From: Dimorphilus gyrociliatus
Lineage: Eukaryota > Animalia > Annelida
Direction of reading: 5' to 3'
Assembly (NCBI GenBank): GCA_904063045.1
Contig: CAJFCJ010000005.1
Coordinates: 1,441,988-1,505,987 of the forward strand
Length of the DNA: 64,000 bases
Made by a program: the position numbers and the translations under genes. A model generated the notes under the pieces. The model made no database searches. It was not told the DNA's origin and saw only the letters and a list, made by a program, of their open reading frames with translations. Below are positions 62,542 through 64,000 of this stretch, one piece after another (within the stretch, counting starts at the first letter, position 1; every line of letters begins with the position of its first letter).

Positions 62542-64000
62542 CTGTTTAGGTAAAATAAAGGAAAATAATAGAAAAAAAATAGGTCAATATCATTAAAGAT
62601 TAAGTGTATTCAACATTAAATTGAATAAAAGGTCAGAGACCCCATGATCACATGTTAGAATATAATAGGCAACAATGGATTTTTAAATCTATTCTGAGAA
62701 AAATCAATTTAAGAATCTTTGATTTTCATCTGTGTTTAAATAAATCAATAACTCGAGAATATCTTTTCTAAAGAGTTCAATTAATATTAGAACGAGATTT
62801 CTCGTTAAAGAACTAAGGTAATCGTTTTTTGAATAAATTTAATTACTATTATATATGCTAAAGGAAATATTTAACATAGTTACTGAATAAGAAAAAGCAT
62901 TAGCAAATAAAAATTCATTAAAATATTAAATATCCATGCTTTAATGATGGAGTGTACCATTCCTCAATACTTAGTAATAATAAATATCTATAATCATTAG
63001 AAAAACAAATTCAGGTCAATTACGAATTTCTCAAACTCAATAAAGTATTTTTTCTATCACAAACGATATAAATCAATCTATACTATATATATACACAAAA
63101 AATTAGCAATTAAAATATAAATAGGCTTAGTTGTTTCATATTGACGTAAATATAAATGAGTTATAGTCATATGAGCGTACATGAAAAGTCGTTTTTTATA
63201 AAATATGAACACAATAGATGGCGTTTGGACTGCAAAAAAATCCCTTTAGATAGAGCATATAGGTCATGGCTTGGTCAATAAATGAAAATAGGGTATATTT
63301 AGAATTCGTATATACTTTAACAATAAAATTAGCTCTAGGAAATATCTTTAACGGATTAAATCAATTACAAAGAGCTAATTATTCAAAAGAAGTATTATCA
63401 AGAAAGTAAATTTTAAAAAATATAGTAAGAATACCACATGTTTTATATCGTAACTTCCACGTTAGCAGCAGGCCTTATTTGAAGGGACTCCCTATACATT
63501 CAGTGATCAAATTTTTATCGTTCAAAAAAAAACATTAAGCCTACGATCATACAATTTCAAAATTTTTCAATAGGTCCAAAAAAAATTATTAAAATGTAAT
63601 ATAGAATTTAAAATTGGTTGAATAAGTATTCTATAAGAGTAGTGCAAGGTAAATGTAGCTATTTTTATCGTTTAGATTCATTAACCTTGCTTGCCATCCA
63701 ATGTAAAAGTTATATACTGTTAGAGTAAACAAGTTATAAATAGTGTTCAGTCTTTTAACAAAAAAAAAAGCTTGATTGAGAAAAAAAAATCTGTAAATTT
63801 TATTTATTTGTAGAAAACTGTAAAAAAATTTACAGATTTTTCAAAAGTCAACAATAATTGACAAATCAATCATAACAAATAAAATGGACGTCGAATGAAC
63901 CATTTCTCTTATACAGTCGGTTTAGAACGAGGTCAATAAAGCTGAGTTTTTTTAGTGGATAGGCCTATCTTAAAGTAAACATGGTTAAAGTTTTAAGCTA

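Noticed and set aside
1-64000. CRISPR arrays, tRNA/rRNA/snRNA genes, transposases or retroelements
   Set aside because: By eye I found no repeat-spacer arrays, tRNA A/B boxes in cloverleaf context, terminal repeats, or RT/transposase motifs. Small snoRNAs or MITEs cannot be excluded without Infernal or RepeatModeler.

Overview
This is AT-rich, very gene-dense eukaryotic (metazoan) DNA: about 20-21 protein-coding genes in 64 kb, mostly with 45-75 bp GT-AG introns and short intergenic gaps. That pattern fits a miniaturised invertebrate genome; a Dimorphilus-like annelid is a guess, not something I can show. Genes in order: SPCS3 (cut by the window start), PCYOX1, CEP76, an alpha2delta/CACHD1-family VWA-Cache protein, SUCLG1, a TASOR-like DUF3715+SPOC gene followed by an unresolved coding stretch, an LDLa-LRR-7TM relaxin-receptor-like GPCR, KNTC1/ROD, BECN1, LDAF1/promethin, SNRNP27, an S1 serine protease, an MMP, SNX14, an intronless LCAT/PLA2G15-like lipase, TNFAIP8, CASD1, a divergent Tubby-domain gene, an SVOP-like MFS transporter and Dispatched (5' exon not found). 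I saw no rRNA, tRNA, CRISPR array or recognisable transposon. Highlights: (1) the lipase fills almost all of SNX14 intron 1 on the opposite strand; (2) a minor-spliceosome AT-AC intron in SPCS3; (3) a HUSH-type TASOR homologue with a dual-frame exon that a 46-nt candidate exon could switch to an RS-rich tail; (4) an LGR-type receptor whose activation motifs have degenerated. All gene models were spliced by eye and family names come from remembered homolog sequences, not database searches.
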